Origin: an uncultured Clostridia bacterium
GTDB taxonomy: Bacteria > Bacillota > Clostridia > TANB77 > CAG-508
Reading direction: 5' to 3'
Length of the DNA stretch: 57,463 nt
Assembly: GCA_947631025.1 (NCBI GenBank)
Contig: CANRKA010000003.1
Coordinates: 1 to 57,463 of the forward strand
In this document: positions 9,788-20,808 of the stretch, one piece after another
Numbering within the stretch: the stretch's first letter is position 1
Layout: each line of letters begins with the position of its first letter
Notes under the pieces: model-generated
What the model was told of the DNA's origin: nothing
The model's input: the letters and a program-made list of their open reading frames with translations, nothing else
Database searches by the model: none
Translations under genes and position numbers: made by a program

Positions 9788-10408
9788 TTAAAGTGCATTT
9801 TCTTCTTTATATTTAAAATAGCCATATTCGCATTTACTTAACTTATATGCAGGTTTTGTAATTGATATTGTTTGTATTAAAATTGTATATAAAATTGCAC
9901 TTGATACGTAATTATCTTTTATTAATATAGTAGCAACCATAGATATAATTAATACTATATATGAGGCATACTTTTTAAATGTTCTTTCTTTTTTAGTAAG
10001 TATTGGTAAATTTATAGTGTCTGCAGGAGCATATATTGTAATCATAGCAATTCCAAATATAGATATTAGTGCTATAATTATGTATTCATAATTTCCATTT
10101 ATTGGAAGATATTTTGATAATATACCTGGTAATGAATACATTATTGTTGTACATATAAAACATCCTATATGTGTTTTTAAATGAAATCCTCCTGTGAATC
10201 CTCTATATGGTATTAAAAATAATAGAGTAATTGTAACTAATTTTACTGATCCCAAAACAAGTGCAATTGCAATTGCCAAAAACATTTTAGGAAGTTCTCC
10301 TATAATTAATTGAAGTCCATAATTTATTATTTCTGCTCTTTCTTCATCTACATCTGGCATTTCTTTTCTTATTTTGGCAGTTAAAAAATTACATATTTTT
10401 TCTATCAT
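9788..10408 (-). CDS. agrB: accessory gene regulator protein B (AgrB peptidase)
   Basis: 206-aa polytopic protein. The motif GGFHLKTHIGC supplies the His/Cys pair with the spacing typical of AgrB. Confidence 0.85.
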   Translation of the reverse strand: MIEKICNFLTAKIRKEMPDVDEERAEIINYGLQLIIGELPKMFLAIAIALVLGSVKLVTITLLFLIPYRGFTGGFHLKTHIGCFICTTIMYSLPGILSKYLPINGNYEYIIIALISIFGIAMITIYAPADTINLPILTKKERTFKKYASYIVLIISMVATILIKDNYVSSAILYTILIQTISITKPAYKLSKCEYGYFKYKEENAL

Positions 10409-10490
10409 ATAATTATCTCCTATTTAATTGCTTAACTGAAAATAATTATATTTGTTATTTATCTACTTTTTATTAAAGCTAAATAAATAA

Positions 10491-10542
10491 GCCAAAATCC
10501 TATACGAAAAATGTATTTTTTTGTTTCGTATAAGATTTTGGC
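10491..10542 (-). terminator. long hairpin downstream of the RluA-family gene (probable terminator)
   Basis: 19-nt arms GCCAAAATCCTATACGAAA / TTTCGTATAAGATTTTGGC with one mismatch. A T-rich tract follows in the minus sense. Confidence 0.5.
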
Positions 10543-10573
10543 ACTTTTGTAAAATCTACATAAATATAAAATA

Positions 10574-11261
10574 TTACAAATTTACTTCTTCTAATATTTT
10601 CCAAGTTTTATTTTTCTCTGGAATTGAAGTAAATGTCATTTCTTGTTTTGTTATTGGATGTACAAAACTTAATTTAAACGCCCACAAGGCTATTTGTTTT
10701 CCTCTTCCTCGTGTTCCATATTTTTGGTCACCATAAATGCTGTGACCTCTACTAGATAATTGTACTCTTATTTGATGATGTCTTCCTGTATATAATTTTA
10801 TTTTTAAAACAGATAAATCTATTTCTTTATTGTATACTAATTCTTCATATTCTAACTTCGCATATTTAGAATTTTTTGTTTCTTCTTTAACTACTTTACT
10901 TATATTTTTTTGTCCATTTTTTATTAAATAATCTTCTAAAATATCCTTACTTTTTTCAAATCTTCCATCTACAACTACTAAATATTCTTTTTTTAAATTT
11001 CTTGTCCTTACTTCCTCACTTAGTCTTGATGCAGCTTTTGATGTCTTTGCAAATAGCATTACACCGTCCTACTGGTCTGTCTAATCTATGTACTAATCCT
11101 AAATAGACATTTCCTGGTTTATTATATTTTTCTTTTAAATAATCCTTTATTATTGTTAACATATCTATATCGCCAGTTTTATCACCTTGAGATGGGATAT
11201 TTGGTATTTTTTCTACTACAATTATATGATTGTCTTCATATATTACTTTTAAATTATTCAT
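10574..11261 (-). CDS. RluA-family pseudouridine synthase; reading frame interrupted, +1 at in-frame CGG 11064..11066
   Basis: Track ORFs 11016..11261 (…GLVHRLDRPVG) and 10574..11059 (MLFAKTSKAASRL…) are two halves of one enzyme. Skipping the C gives HRLDRPVG-GVMLFAKT. Confidence 0.85.
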
Positions 11262-11333
11262 TTTTTGTTTCCTTATTTATTTTATTATTTATTACTTATA
11301 ATACAAATATAAGTATAATTTTTAAAACTAGAT

Positions 11334-12216
11334 TTAGCTTTCCCAACGAGCAAAAATTCCACAAGGTAATATTAAGCTAGAGTTACTCATTGGAAGACCT
11401 ACTTCTCCTGAAGTAAATTTTCCTTTTTTATTAATTTGCAATTTTAATATATTTTCTAATACCTTGCAAGATATTCCTGTTGTATATGAATTTATTAAGA
11501 AAAATAAAGGATTATCTGATAACACTTTTGTACATATTTTTACTAAATCGTATATATTATTTTCAAATTGCCATATTTCTCCTTTTGCTCCTCTACCATA
11601 AGATGGTGGATCCATTATAATGGCATCATAAGTATTTCCTCTTCTTATTTCTCTATTTACAAATTTTACAACATCATCTACTATATATCTTACTTTTTTA
11701 TCTGCTAGTCCTGATGAAGTAACATTTTCCTTTGCCCATGTTACCATACCTTTTGAACTATCTACATGACATACAGAGGCTCCGGCAGATAAACATGCAA
11801 CTGTTGCCCCTCCTGTGTATGCAAATAAGTTTAATACTTTAATTTGTTCATTTGATTTACCGTAACTGGCTATCTTTACAATTTTTTATTTTATTTATCA
11901 TCCAATCCCAATTAACTGCCTGTTCTGGAAATAGTCCAGTATGTTTAAATCCCATTGGTTTTATATTAAATGTTAAATTATTATATTTAATTTGCCATGC
12001 CTTTGGCATTTGTTTTTTATATTCCCAGCTTCCTCCACCAGTTTTGCTTCTATTATATATAGCATTTGCTTTTTTCCACTCATTTGGAAAACTCTTTTCT
12101 TTCCAAATTATTTGTGGGTCTGGACGTGCTAATATAACATCTCCCCATCTTTCTAATTTTTCGCCATTTGCCATATCTATTATTTCGTATTCTTTCCATT
12201 TATTTGCAAGTTCCAT
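11334..12216 (-). CDS. class I SAM-dependent (COG1092-type rRNA) methyltransferase; reading frame interrupted, +1 at in-frame CGG 11860..11862
   Basis: The N-terminal half is 11857..12216 (…FKHTGLFPEQAVNWDWM…). The C-terminal half continues from 11861 as GKSNEQIKVLNLFAYTGGATVACLSAGASVCHVDSSKGMVTWAKEN…IIMDPPSYGRG. The zero frame stops at a TAA immediately after the CGG. Confidence 0.8.
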
Positions 12217-12445
12217 TTTTTCCTCCTATTTTTGTTTATTATAGCAGAAAAAACTTGTATATTCAAATGCAAGTATTTTTTTAATTTACTTACATCTTAC
12301 TTAATATTTTAAAAAAGTCATAAATAAAAATACAATTAACTGTACTTAAAATTATTGTTAGTGACAATATTATTTTAAAAAATTTACTACTTGTCCTATT
12401 TTCCTTGTACTCAACTTCAAAAACATTGTTTTTTGCATATTCCAT

Positions 12446-12506
12446 AAAAATCTCCCCTTCAAATATATTCCTTCTAAATTTAAATATATTCGAGGGGAGC
12501 TTTTTT
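12446..12506. terminator. hairpin terminator downstream of ldh
   Basis: CTCCCCT...AGGGGAG arms with an internal AT-rich pairing segment. The hairpin is flanked by an A-run and a T-run. Confidence 0.5.
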
Positions 12507-12558
12507 ATTACTACTATTCAATTTATTTTAATAAAAGTTAGTTTCAATTTTCAACATT

Positions 12559-13506
12559 TTACAATATTTTTTCTATTTCTTTTATTGTATCTCTTAATAT
12601 ATTACAGCTGTTGTCAAATTTCATTTGGTCTTCTTCACTTAATTTAAGTTTTAATATTTCTTGTACACCATTTGCTCCTAAAATTGCAGGTACTCCAATA
12701 TAAATGTCCTCTTGATTATATTCTCCTCTTTGATACGTAGATAATGTCATTATTTCATTTTCGTCATTTAAAATTGCCTTTATTATTTTTGTTAATGCAA
12801 CACCTATTCCATAATAAGTTGCTTTTTTCTTTTCTATTATTTCATAAGCAGCATTTACAACACTTTGATGTATTTGGTCTAACTCTGAAAGTGGATAATT
12901 ATTGTCCTTCATTACGTCCTTTAAACTTTTACATCCTACATAACTATTTTCCCAACTTACAAAAGAAGAATCCCCATGTTCACCCATAACATATGCATGT
13001 ATATTTTTACTAGATACTTGTAAATATTCTCCTACTAAAAATCTTACCCTCGCTGTGTCTAACGCAGTTCCAGAGCCAATTACTTTTTCCTTTGGAAAAC
13101 CTGAAGCTCTTGCTACTACATATGTCATAATATCTACAGGGTTACTTGCTACTACAAATATTCCTTGAAATTCATTTTTAACTACATTTTCTGTTATTTC
13201 TTTTACTATTTTCGTATTTATTTCTACAAGTTCTAATCTTGTTTGATTTGGTTTTTGATTAATTCCTGCTGTAATTACAACAATATCTGCATCTTTGCAT
13301 TCACTATAATCTCCTGCTTTAATTTTCATTTTTGTTGGAGCAGATGGTATTCCATGTGATAGATCCATTGCTTCCCCTTCAGCTTTTGCTGTATCTATAT
13401 CTATTAAAACTAGTTCATTAACTCCACCTTGATTTAGAAGTGAGTATGCAAAACTCATTCCAACAAATCCAGTACCAACTAATACAATTTTTCTTTTATT
13501 TATCAT
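12559..13506 (-). CDS. ldh: L-lactate dehydrogenase
   Basis: 315 aa with GTGFVG Rossmann motif, ITAGINQKPNQTRLEL and GEHGDS. Confidence 0.95.
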   Translation of the reverse strand: MINKRKIVLVGTGFVGMSFAYSLLNQGGVNELVLIDIDTAKAEGEAMDLSHGIPSAPTKMKIKAGDYSECKDADIVVITAGINQKPNQTRLELVEINTKIVKEITENVVKNEFQGIFVVASNPVDIMTYVVARASGFPKEKVIGSGTALDTARVRFLVGEYLQVSSKNIHAYVMGEHGDSSFVSWENSYVGCKSLKDVMKDNNYPLSELDQIHQSVVNAAYEIIEKKKATYYGIGVALTKIIKAILNDENEIMTLSTYQRGEYNQEDIYIGVPAILGANGVQEILKLKLSEEDQMKFDNSCNILRDTIKEIEKIL

Positions 13507-13569
13507 AATTACCTCCCTACACCTTATTATTAATTATTCTCTATATAATATTAATTATTCATTTTAGAT

Positions 13570-14208
13570 TTATTTGAACATAGCTATAATTGTTTCTTTA
13601 ATAACTTTTATAAATTTTACAAATATCTGCATAAAAAATTGTAATGCTGTGTTTTCTTCATATATTTTCATAATATATCTGTGTGTTGGTGGAAAAAACC
13701 AAATAAATGTTATAATAACTGCCATAATAAAAATTGTTATTAAATTTTCTTTTAATCTTTTTATAAATAATTGCCATTTAAATTGTTTTAATCTTCTATT
13801 ATAATCTTTTATATAGTCTTTTTTAGTATATATTTGTTTTTTATTATTATTATTTATTTGTGAATTTGGAACATTTGAATTATTCTCATTATTCGTATTT
13901 TTTGCTGTATATCTTTGCTGTTCTATTTCATAATTTTGTCTCATTTCATTTATAATTTGTGCTTTACTTTCTTGCTCTTTTTTTAGTCTTGCCTGTTTTA
14001 GGTCTTCGTCATACTCTTTTCTTTTCTGCTCATTAGAAAGTATACTATAGGCATCATTAATTTGCTTCATTTTTTCTTCTGCTTTTTTCTTTTCTGCTTG
14101 TGTTTTTTGTAAATCTGGATGATATCTTTTAGCTTGTATTTTATATATTTTATTTATTGTTTCTTGTGATGCATTTTCATTTACTTCTAAAATTTCGTAT
14201 AAGTTCAT
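13570..14208 (-). CDS. J-domain (DnaJ-like) protein with a C-terminal TM segment
   Basis: N-terminal J domain (NLYEILEV…YHPD) followed by a charged coiled region and a C-terminal hydrophobic segment. Confidence 0.75.
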   Translation of the reverse strand: MNLYEILEVNENASQETINKIYKIQAKRYHPDLQKTQAEKKKAEEKMKQINDAYSILSNEQKRKEYDEDLKQARLKKEQESKAQIINEMRQNYEIEQQRYTAKNTNNENNSNVPNSQINNNNKKQIYTKKDYIKDYNRRLKQFKWQLFIKRLKENLITIFIMAVIITFIWFFPPTHRYIMKIYEENTALQFFMQIFVKFIKVIKETIIAMFK

Positions 14209-14316
14209 ATAAATCTCCTATTTATTTATTATTATTTACATTATAACATAAAACGTAGATATTCAAATAAAAATGTGATATAATAAATAAAAAATTTTTT
14301 AAGGAAGTGTAAACAT

Positions 14317-14844
14317 ATGAAATTATCAGATAATAATTCATCTTTAGCCGAAAGCAAAGTTTTAATTTTATATATTTTATATAAAGCTAATAAACCTTTA
14401 ACAAATGAAGAATTTTTAAAACTAGTATTATCTGTTACAGATATGAATTATTTTTATTTTCAACAGTTTTTATTAGATTTATTAAATACTAAATATATTA
14501 TTTCTTATAAAAAAGATGAGATAGATTTTTACGAAATTACAAAACAAGGAATCGCTGCATTAGAACTTACACAAGATATGATTCCTGGTATTTTAAAATT
14601 AAAAGTAGATAAAAATTTTGATTCTGAATTAGATACAATAGAAAATGAAGTTTCTGTTTCTGCTGAATATACTCCAGTTACAGAAAATGATTATAAAATA
14701 AAATGCAAAGTTTTTGAAAATGGAGAAATAGTTTTTGAATTGCAAACAAATGCTGGTTCTGGTGAGCAAGCACAAAAAATAGTTGATAATTGGAACAAAA
14801 AAGCAGTAGAAATCTATCCTAAAATTTTGGAGTTGCTAAATTAG
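14317..14844 (+). CDS. DUF4364 family protein
   Basis: 175 aa. The N-terminal winged-helix-like segment (KVLILYILYKANKPLTNEEF) is typical of the clostridial DUF4364 family (recalled from memory). Confidence 0.55.
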   Translation: MKLSDNNSSLAESKVLILYILYKANKPLTNEEFLKLVLSVTDMNYFYFQQFLLDLLNTKYIISYKKDEIDFYEITKQGIAALELTQDMIPGILKLKVDKNFDSELDTIENEVSVSAEYTPVTENDYKIKCKVFENGEIVFELQTNAGSGEQAQKIVDNWNKKAVEIYPKILELLN

Positions 14845-14911
14845 AAACTAGTTAAATAGATAATAATATATTTTTTTGCAGGCAAAAATTATAATATAAA
14901 TAATTTCTATA

Positions 14912-15697
14912 TTATAATTTTTGCCTTACATATTCATATATTATAATTCCTGTTGCTACAGATGCATTTAAGCTTTCTGTTTTTCCTAGCATAGGAATTT
15001 TTATTTTTTCATCTGCAAGTTCTTGAACTTCTTGTGAAACCCCATTTGCTTCATTTCCTATTACTATTGCCTTTTGTTTATAATCTAAATCGTACATACT
15101 TTTATCTGTTTGTAATGATGTACAAACTAGCTTAAATTTGTTTTTCTTTATTTCTTTTATTGTTTTATTTAGGTCTTCTACTCTTATAATATTAACTCTA
15201 AAAATTGCACCCATTGTAGAGCGAACTACTTTTGGATTATATGGGTCTGTAGTATTTTTAGAAATTATAACTTGCTTTATGTTTGCACTGTCTAACGTTC
15301 TTAAAATAGTTCCCATATTTCCTGGGTCTTGAATTCCATCTAGTATTACTATAATTTCTTCTTTATAATCTATTGGTTTAACATTTTTTGGATTTTCTAT
15401 TACTGCTAATATTCCTTGTGGAGAGCTAACATTTGTAATACTTGCAAATACTTTTTCAGTTACATATATTAGGTTGTATTTGGAAATTTTATATAATAAT
15501 TCTTGATTTATACATTCATTTTTTGTACAGTCTTCACATATTATAATTTTGTTTATTTTTGCATTTTCTTCAATTGCTTCACTTACCATTTTTATGCCTT
15601 CTATAATATACTGATTTTTTTGGTCTCTGTACTTTTTTTCGTTTAATTTTTTTATTTCTTTTATTGTTTCATTGTCTTTGCTTGTGATAGTTTGCAT
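14912..15697 (-). CDS. TrmH/SpoU-family RNA 2'-O-methyltransferase
   Basis: SpoU motifs are present: ILDGIQDPGNMGTILRT, VIGNEANGVS, IPMLGKTESLNASVA. I prefer the ATG at 15697 because it has a GGAG RBS; the track start is 15733. Confidence 0.85.
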   Translation of the reverse strand: MQTITSKDNETIKEIKKLNEKKYRDQKNQYIIEGIKMVSEAIEENAKINKIIICEDCTKNECINQELLYKISKYNLIYVTEKVFASITNVSSPQGILAVIENPKNVKPIDYKEEIIVILDGIQDPGNMGTILRTLDSANIKQVIISKNTTDPYNPKVVRSTMGAIFRVNIIRVEDLNKTIKEIKKNKFKLVCTSLQTDKSMYDLDYKQKAIVIGNEANGVSQEVQELADEKIKIPMLGKTESLNASVATGIIIYEYVRQKL

Positions 15698-15722
15698 AGG
15701 TTTCTCCTTTTTTTTATTTTTA

Positions 15723-15750
15723 AGGTCGATCAAAGCATCGACCTCCTACA
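15723..15750 (-). repeat. GC-rich hairpin repeat copy (AGGTCGAT..ATCGACCT plus CCTACA)
   Basis: The minus-sense reading is TGTAGGAGGTCGATGCTTTGATCGACCT. It lies just after the mfd stop. Confidence 0.6.
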
Positions 15751-15791
15751 TTGTTTGACTCTAACTAATAATTATATTTAAGATATTAAAA

Positions 15792-18700
15792 TTACACATT
15801 TAAAATAAATTCTTTTATTTGGCTTAGTATTTCTTTATTATTTAAAGAATTTAATTTTAATGTTATATATGGATTTCCTGTAGAAAATTTAATTCTGCTA
15901 TTATATGTCTTAAGCATTTTTTCTACAGTACTAAAATTAAATTTCTTGTTGTTAAATGTAAATACAACATTTGTATTTTTTTGCGCAACCTTAATTATAT
16001 TTTTCTCTTCACATAGTTGTTTTATTCTTGTTATTTCTAATAAATTTTCTAATTCATTTGGCATGTTTCCAAATCTGTCTATAATTTCATCTATTACATT
16101 TTGTATATCATCTTCTGTTTTACACAATGCTATATTTTGGTATACTTCTATTTTTTGGCTAGATTCTTTAATATATTCATCCGGTATGTAACTTGAAACA
16201 TTTATATCTATTTGTACATCTTGTTTTTCTTCTATTTCTATTCCTTGCATTTCTTTAATTACTTCATCTAATAAATTACAATACGTTTCATATCCTACTT
16301 GCTCTAAATGTCCAGATTGTATTTCTCCGAAGCAGGCTTCCTGCTCCTCTTATTTCTAGGTCTCTCATTGCTATTTTAAACCCAGAGCCAAATTGTGTAA
16401 ATTCTTTTATTGCTTTTAATCTTTTACTAGAAATTTCAGATAATATTTTATCTCTTTTATAAGTAATATATGCATATCCTTGAGTAGTGCTTCTTCCCAC
16501 TCTTCCACGAATTTGATAAAGCTGTGCTAGTCCTAATCTATCTGCATTTTCTACAATTATTGTATTGGCATTTGGAATATCTATTCCAGATTCTAATATA
16601 GTTGTACAAATTAGTATATCTACTTTACCTTGTACAAACTCTATCATTATATTTTCTAATTCGTTGCCTGTCATTTTTCCGTGAGCATATGCAACTTTTG
16701 CTTCTGGTATTAAATTTGAAATTTCTATAGATTTTCTTTCTATTCCTTCAACATTATTATACAAATATATAACCTGACCGCTTCTTTCTAGCTCTTTTGT
16801 TATTGCCTCTTTTATAATTTCTATATCATATTCTAATACATAAGTTTGAACTGGCTTTCTGTTTTGAGGTGGCTGATATATAATAGACATATCCCTAACT
16901 CCAACAATTGACATATGTAGTGTTCTTGGAATTGGTGTTGCTGTCATTGTTAGTACATCTACATTTGTTTTGTATTGTTTTATTTTTTCCTTTGCTTTTA
17001 CTCCAAAGCGATGTTCTTCATCTATTATTAAAAGTCCCAAATCTTTAAATTCTACATCTTGGCTAAGTAATCTATGTGTTCCAATTACAACATCTATTTC
17101 TCCTAATTTTAGCTTTTTTATAATATCTTCTTGTTGCTTTTTTGTTTTAAATCTATTTAAAACTTCTACTTTAATTGGAAATTCTTCCATTCTTTCTTTA
17201 AAACTTTGGTATTGTTGATCTGCCAAAACTGTTGTAGGTACTAAATATGCAACTTGTTTTTGATCCATTACTGCTTTAAATGCCGCACGTATTGCAACTT
17301 CTGTTTTACCATAGCCAACATCGCCACACAAAAGTCTATCCATTGGTTTTTGTAATTCCATATCTTTTTTTACTTCTTCTATACAACGAAGTTGATCATC
17401 TGTTTCTTCATATGGAAAGCTATTTTCAAATTGTTCTTGCCAAGGTGTATCTTTAGAAAATGCATGTCCTCTTACTTTTTGTCTTTTTGCATAAAGTTCT
17501 ATTAACTCTTTTGCAACTTCTCTTAGATTTTTCTTTACCTTTAATTTAGTATTTTCCCAATCTTTTCCACCTAATTTATTTATTTTTGGTAGTTTTTCTC
17601 CACCCCCAACATATTTACGAATACTATCTAATTGGTTTGTTGGTATATATAAAATATCATCATTTTTATATTTTATTTTAATATAATCTTTTGTAACTCC
17701 GTCTGCTTTAATAGTGTTTATTCCTATAAATTCACCTATACCATGATTTTTGTGTACAACATAGTCTCCATTTTTTAGGTCTGCAAATACTACTTTTTCG
17801 CCTTCTTTAAAAGATGTATGAACTGCTTTTCTCTTTTTCTTTTCCCCTTCTATTAGTTCATTTGCATTAACAATATATATGTTACTTTCAAAATCTTCTA
17901 AACCAGAGGACAAATTTCCTATTTCAATATAAACAATATTCTCTTTAGAATTTATTATATTTTCTTTATTATTATTTTCACTAATTATATTTAATATGTT
18001 ATAGTCGCTGAAAATTTTAGATAATTTTTTAGCTTTTTCTTTTGATTCTATTAAAATTATTACTTTTTTGTTTTCTACCAATTTATTATTTATTTCTTTT
18101 AAAAAACTCTCTAATTCACTTTTATAATAATGAATTTCACGTGTTTTAAAAATATACTTAATATTTCCTATATTAGAATTTACATCTTGATTTTCTAAAT
18201 ATATTTTTTGTTTCTTTTCTAAATTACTATCTAATTTTTCTAAAACATTTTTATTTTCAAGTATTTGTGGTACTAGTTTTTCTTTTTCTATTAAACTTTT
18301 TATTAAATTTTCGTAATCTTGTTTTATATTTTTTGCTCTTGCTTGTATTTTTCCTATTTCATCTAAAAAAACATAGGTGTTTTCTGGTAAATAATCTAAA
18401 ATAGTTGCAGTTTTACTATAAAAACAGTCTATATACTTATCTACCTTGCTTATATAACTTTCTTCTTTAATAATTCTTATATCTTCATTTACATTTTGCA
18501 ATTGCTTTTGAGTGTAATTTCCGCTTTAATATTTTATTTATTACTTCTTCTTTTGTTGTTTCCAATAAAAATTCATGAAGAGGGTTAATTTCTATTTTTT
18601 CTAACATTTGTGTAGAACGTTGACTACTTATACTAAACATACGAATAGAATCTATATCATCTCCCCACAATTCTATTCTAACACCAGTATTTTCATTTAA

Positions 18701-19246
18701 AGATACATCAATAATTCCACCTCTTATGCAAAACTCTCCATTTGCTTCTATCATTTCGCATCTTTCATAACCTAAGGCAACTAAATTTTCTTTTAATTCT
18801 TCTAAATTTATTGTGTCTCCAACTTTTAGTTTTATTTTTTTTGCATATAAAATATCTTTTGGAATCATTTTTTGAGCTACTGTTTCAATTGTTGTTACAA
18901 TAATTGTTTTTTTATTTGAATTTATTTCGTTTAGTACATTAATTCTTTTATAAAAACTGTCAAAACTCTCTACTTCATAATCGTACGTAACAATATCTTT
19001 TTTAGTAAAAAGATATGTATTTTTATAAAAATATTTTAAATCTTTAGCAATTTTTTTTGCTTGTAATTCGTTATAAGTAACTAGTAAAATAGAAGAATTT
19101 TTGCATTCTTGTATAGTTGCAATAATTGCACATTTTGCCACGTCAGTTAGACCCGATAATAATACCGGACCTTGTTTATTTTCTATATTTGATAATACTT
19201 CTATGAGCTTTTTGTTTCTTTGCATTGCGCTTGTTATAAAATTCAT
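15792..19246 (-). CDS. mfd: transcription-repair coupling factor Mfd; frame interrupted twice, +1 at in-frame CGG 18521..18523 and 16327..16329
   Basis: Three track ORFs are collinear pieces of Mfd: 18485..19246 (UvrB-like N-terminus), 16288..18501 (CarD-like domain plus helicase motifs [18 protein letters not shown]) and 15792..16250 (TRCF C-terminal domain). Skipping the C at each CGG joins them, for example [23 protein letters not shown]. Confidence 0.9.
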
Positions 19247-19354
19247 TTGCCTCTCCTAATGTAAGAAAATTTATTTTATATTATATACTATTTTTTAATT
19301 TTTTAAAATATATATTAATAAAAAATTTTAATAAAACAAAAGGTGATTTTTATT

Positions 19355-20524
19355 ATGAAAAAAACAAAAATATATTTTAATAAAATTAAGCGAAATATTA
19401 TTTCCATTTTTTTAATCTTATTTACCATTTGTTTAGCTTTATTTTCTAGCAGTAATCTGCAATCTGCTAAATATGGATTGGATCTTTGGGCAAAATCTGT
19501 TATTCCTGCTCTTTTTCCTTTTTTTATTGCTACAGAACTTTTAAGTTATACAAATATTATTCCTTTTCTTGGGAAATATTTAAATAAATTTATGAGACCG
19601 ATTTTTAATGTTCCTGGTGAAGGTGCTTTTGCCTTTATTATGGGTATTATAAGTGGCTATCCTGTTGGAGCTAAAATTGTTACAAATTTACGTGAGCAAG
19701 GAATATGTACTAAATACGAAGCAGAAAGACTAATTACCTTTACAAATAATTCTGGTCCTCTTTTTATTTTAGGAACTGTTGGTGTTAGTTTTTTTAAAGA
19801 TACTTCAACTGGTATTATTTTGTTTATTACACATTTGCTTTCTTGTTTAACAGTTGGACTTATTTTTAGATTTTGGAAAAGTTCAAAAACAAAGCATAAT
19901 ATTTATAATAGTGCAGTACATAGTGAATATGAAAGAAAAGAAAAACAACTAATACAACTTTCAAATTTAGGAGAGATTTTAACCATTAGCATTAAAAACG
20001 CTATTTCTACTATTTTAATGATAGGTGGTTTTGTTATTTTATTTTCAGTAGTTATTTCTATTTTAAATAATAGTCATTGCTTAAGTATTTTATCTTACCT
20101 AATAACACCTATTTTAAATTTACTTAACTTGCCTAATAACTTTGCAAATGGAATTGTTTCTGGAATATTTGAGCTTACAAATGGAGTTGGTATAATTTCT
20201 GGAATTACACAAAAAAACATTTCTTTAAATATTATAGTTTCAGCTTTTTTATTAGGATTTGGCGGATTTTCTGTATTATTACAAGTTTGGGGAATAATTT
20301 CTAAAACAGATATATCTATTTTCCCATATTTTATAGCAAAAATTATGCAAGGAACTATTGCAGCTTTTTATACCTACCTAATTTTATCTAATTTTAGATT
20401 TTTAAGTTTAGATTTTATTCCAATGCTTTTTAATATAAAATTTATTATAATTCCTATTTTTATAATTCTTTGTGTTCTTTTATATAACTTACTTCTAAAT
20501 AAAATAAGGGCTAAAGAAACTTAA
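19355..20524 (+). CDS. ylbJ: sporulation integral membrane protein YlbJ
   Basis: Polytopic protein with nucleoside-recognition-type segments (GEGAFAFIMGIISGYPVGAK). It matches the YlbJ family in length and architecture. Confidence 0.75.
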   Translation: MKKTKIYFNKIKRNIISIFLILFTICLALFSSSNLQSAKYGLDLWAKSVIPALFPFFIATELLSYTNIIPFLGKYLNKFMRPIFNVPGEGAFAFIMGIISGYPVGAKIVTNLREQGICTKYEAERLITFTNNSGPLFILGTVGVSFFKDTSTGIILFITHLLSCLTVGLIFRFWKSSKTKHNIYNSAVHSEYERKEKQLIQLSNLGEILTISIKNAISTILMIGGFVILFSVVISILNNSHCLSILSYLITPILNLLNLPNNFANGIVSGIFELTNGVGIISGITQKNISLNIIVSAFLLGFGGFSVLLQVWGIISKTDISIFPYFIAKIMQGTIAAFYTYLILSNFRFLSLDFIPMLFNIKFIIIPIFIILCVLLYNLLLNKIRAKET

Positions 20525-20531
20525 AACATTA

Positions 20532-20557
20532 AAAAACACTGAATTTTCAGTGTTTTT
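20532..20557. terminator. bidirectional terminator between ylbJ and the spoIIID-like gene
   Basis: AAAAACACTGA-ATTT-TCAGTGTTTTT. Confidence 0.6.
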
Positions 20558-20592
20558 GGCTTTTTATATTTAATCATTTCTCTTTTATTAAA

Positions 20593-20808
20593 TTATTTAC
20601 GTTTTCTTTTCATATGTTTATTTTTTTGAAGTTTATCTTTTACAACTTCATGTAATAAAGGATATTCTTCCAGTCTTTGTGTTAAATCTTTGTATATCGT
20701 ACTTCTAGAAATATTAAATATTTTTGCCGCCGAGCTGATTGTAGCCATTGGTGTTGCAATAAAATATTGAGCTACTGCAATTGACCGTTCTCTAGTTCTA
20801 ACTCTCAT
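20593..20808 (-). CDS. SpoIIID-like HTH regulator (divergent paralogue)
   Basis: 71 aa: ERSIAVAQYF…AKIFNISRSTIYKDLTQRL, matching the SpoIIID HTH pattern. It contains an in-frame CGG at 20785..20787. Confidence 0.7.
   Translation of the reverse strand: MRVRTRERSIAVAQYFIATPMATISSAAKIFNISRSTIYKDLTQRLEEYPLLHEVVKDKLQKNKHMKRKRK

Noticed and set aside
10431-10439. TCAGTTAAG (minus sense), resembling an AgrA/LytTR half-site upstream of agrB
   Set aside because: It is a single copy only 23 nt from the start codon, with no convincing second repeat at the expected ~21-nt spacing.
11852-12244. 130-aa plus-strand track ORF, plus 11153..11380, 10521..10736, 12405..12647, 31653..31970, 32245..32661, 34356..34586, 35238..35995, 41157..41546, 43486..43834 and similar
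   Set aside because: All overlap better-supported genes or terminator regions on the opposite strand and have low-complexity hydrophobic translations.
12290-12445. 51-codon minus-strand ORF (MEYAKNNVFEVEYKENRTSSKFF…) between ldh and the methyltransferase
   Set aside because: Its only RBS-like element is one arm of the ldh terminator stem, and I see no motif or other support.
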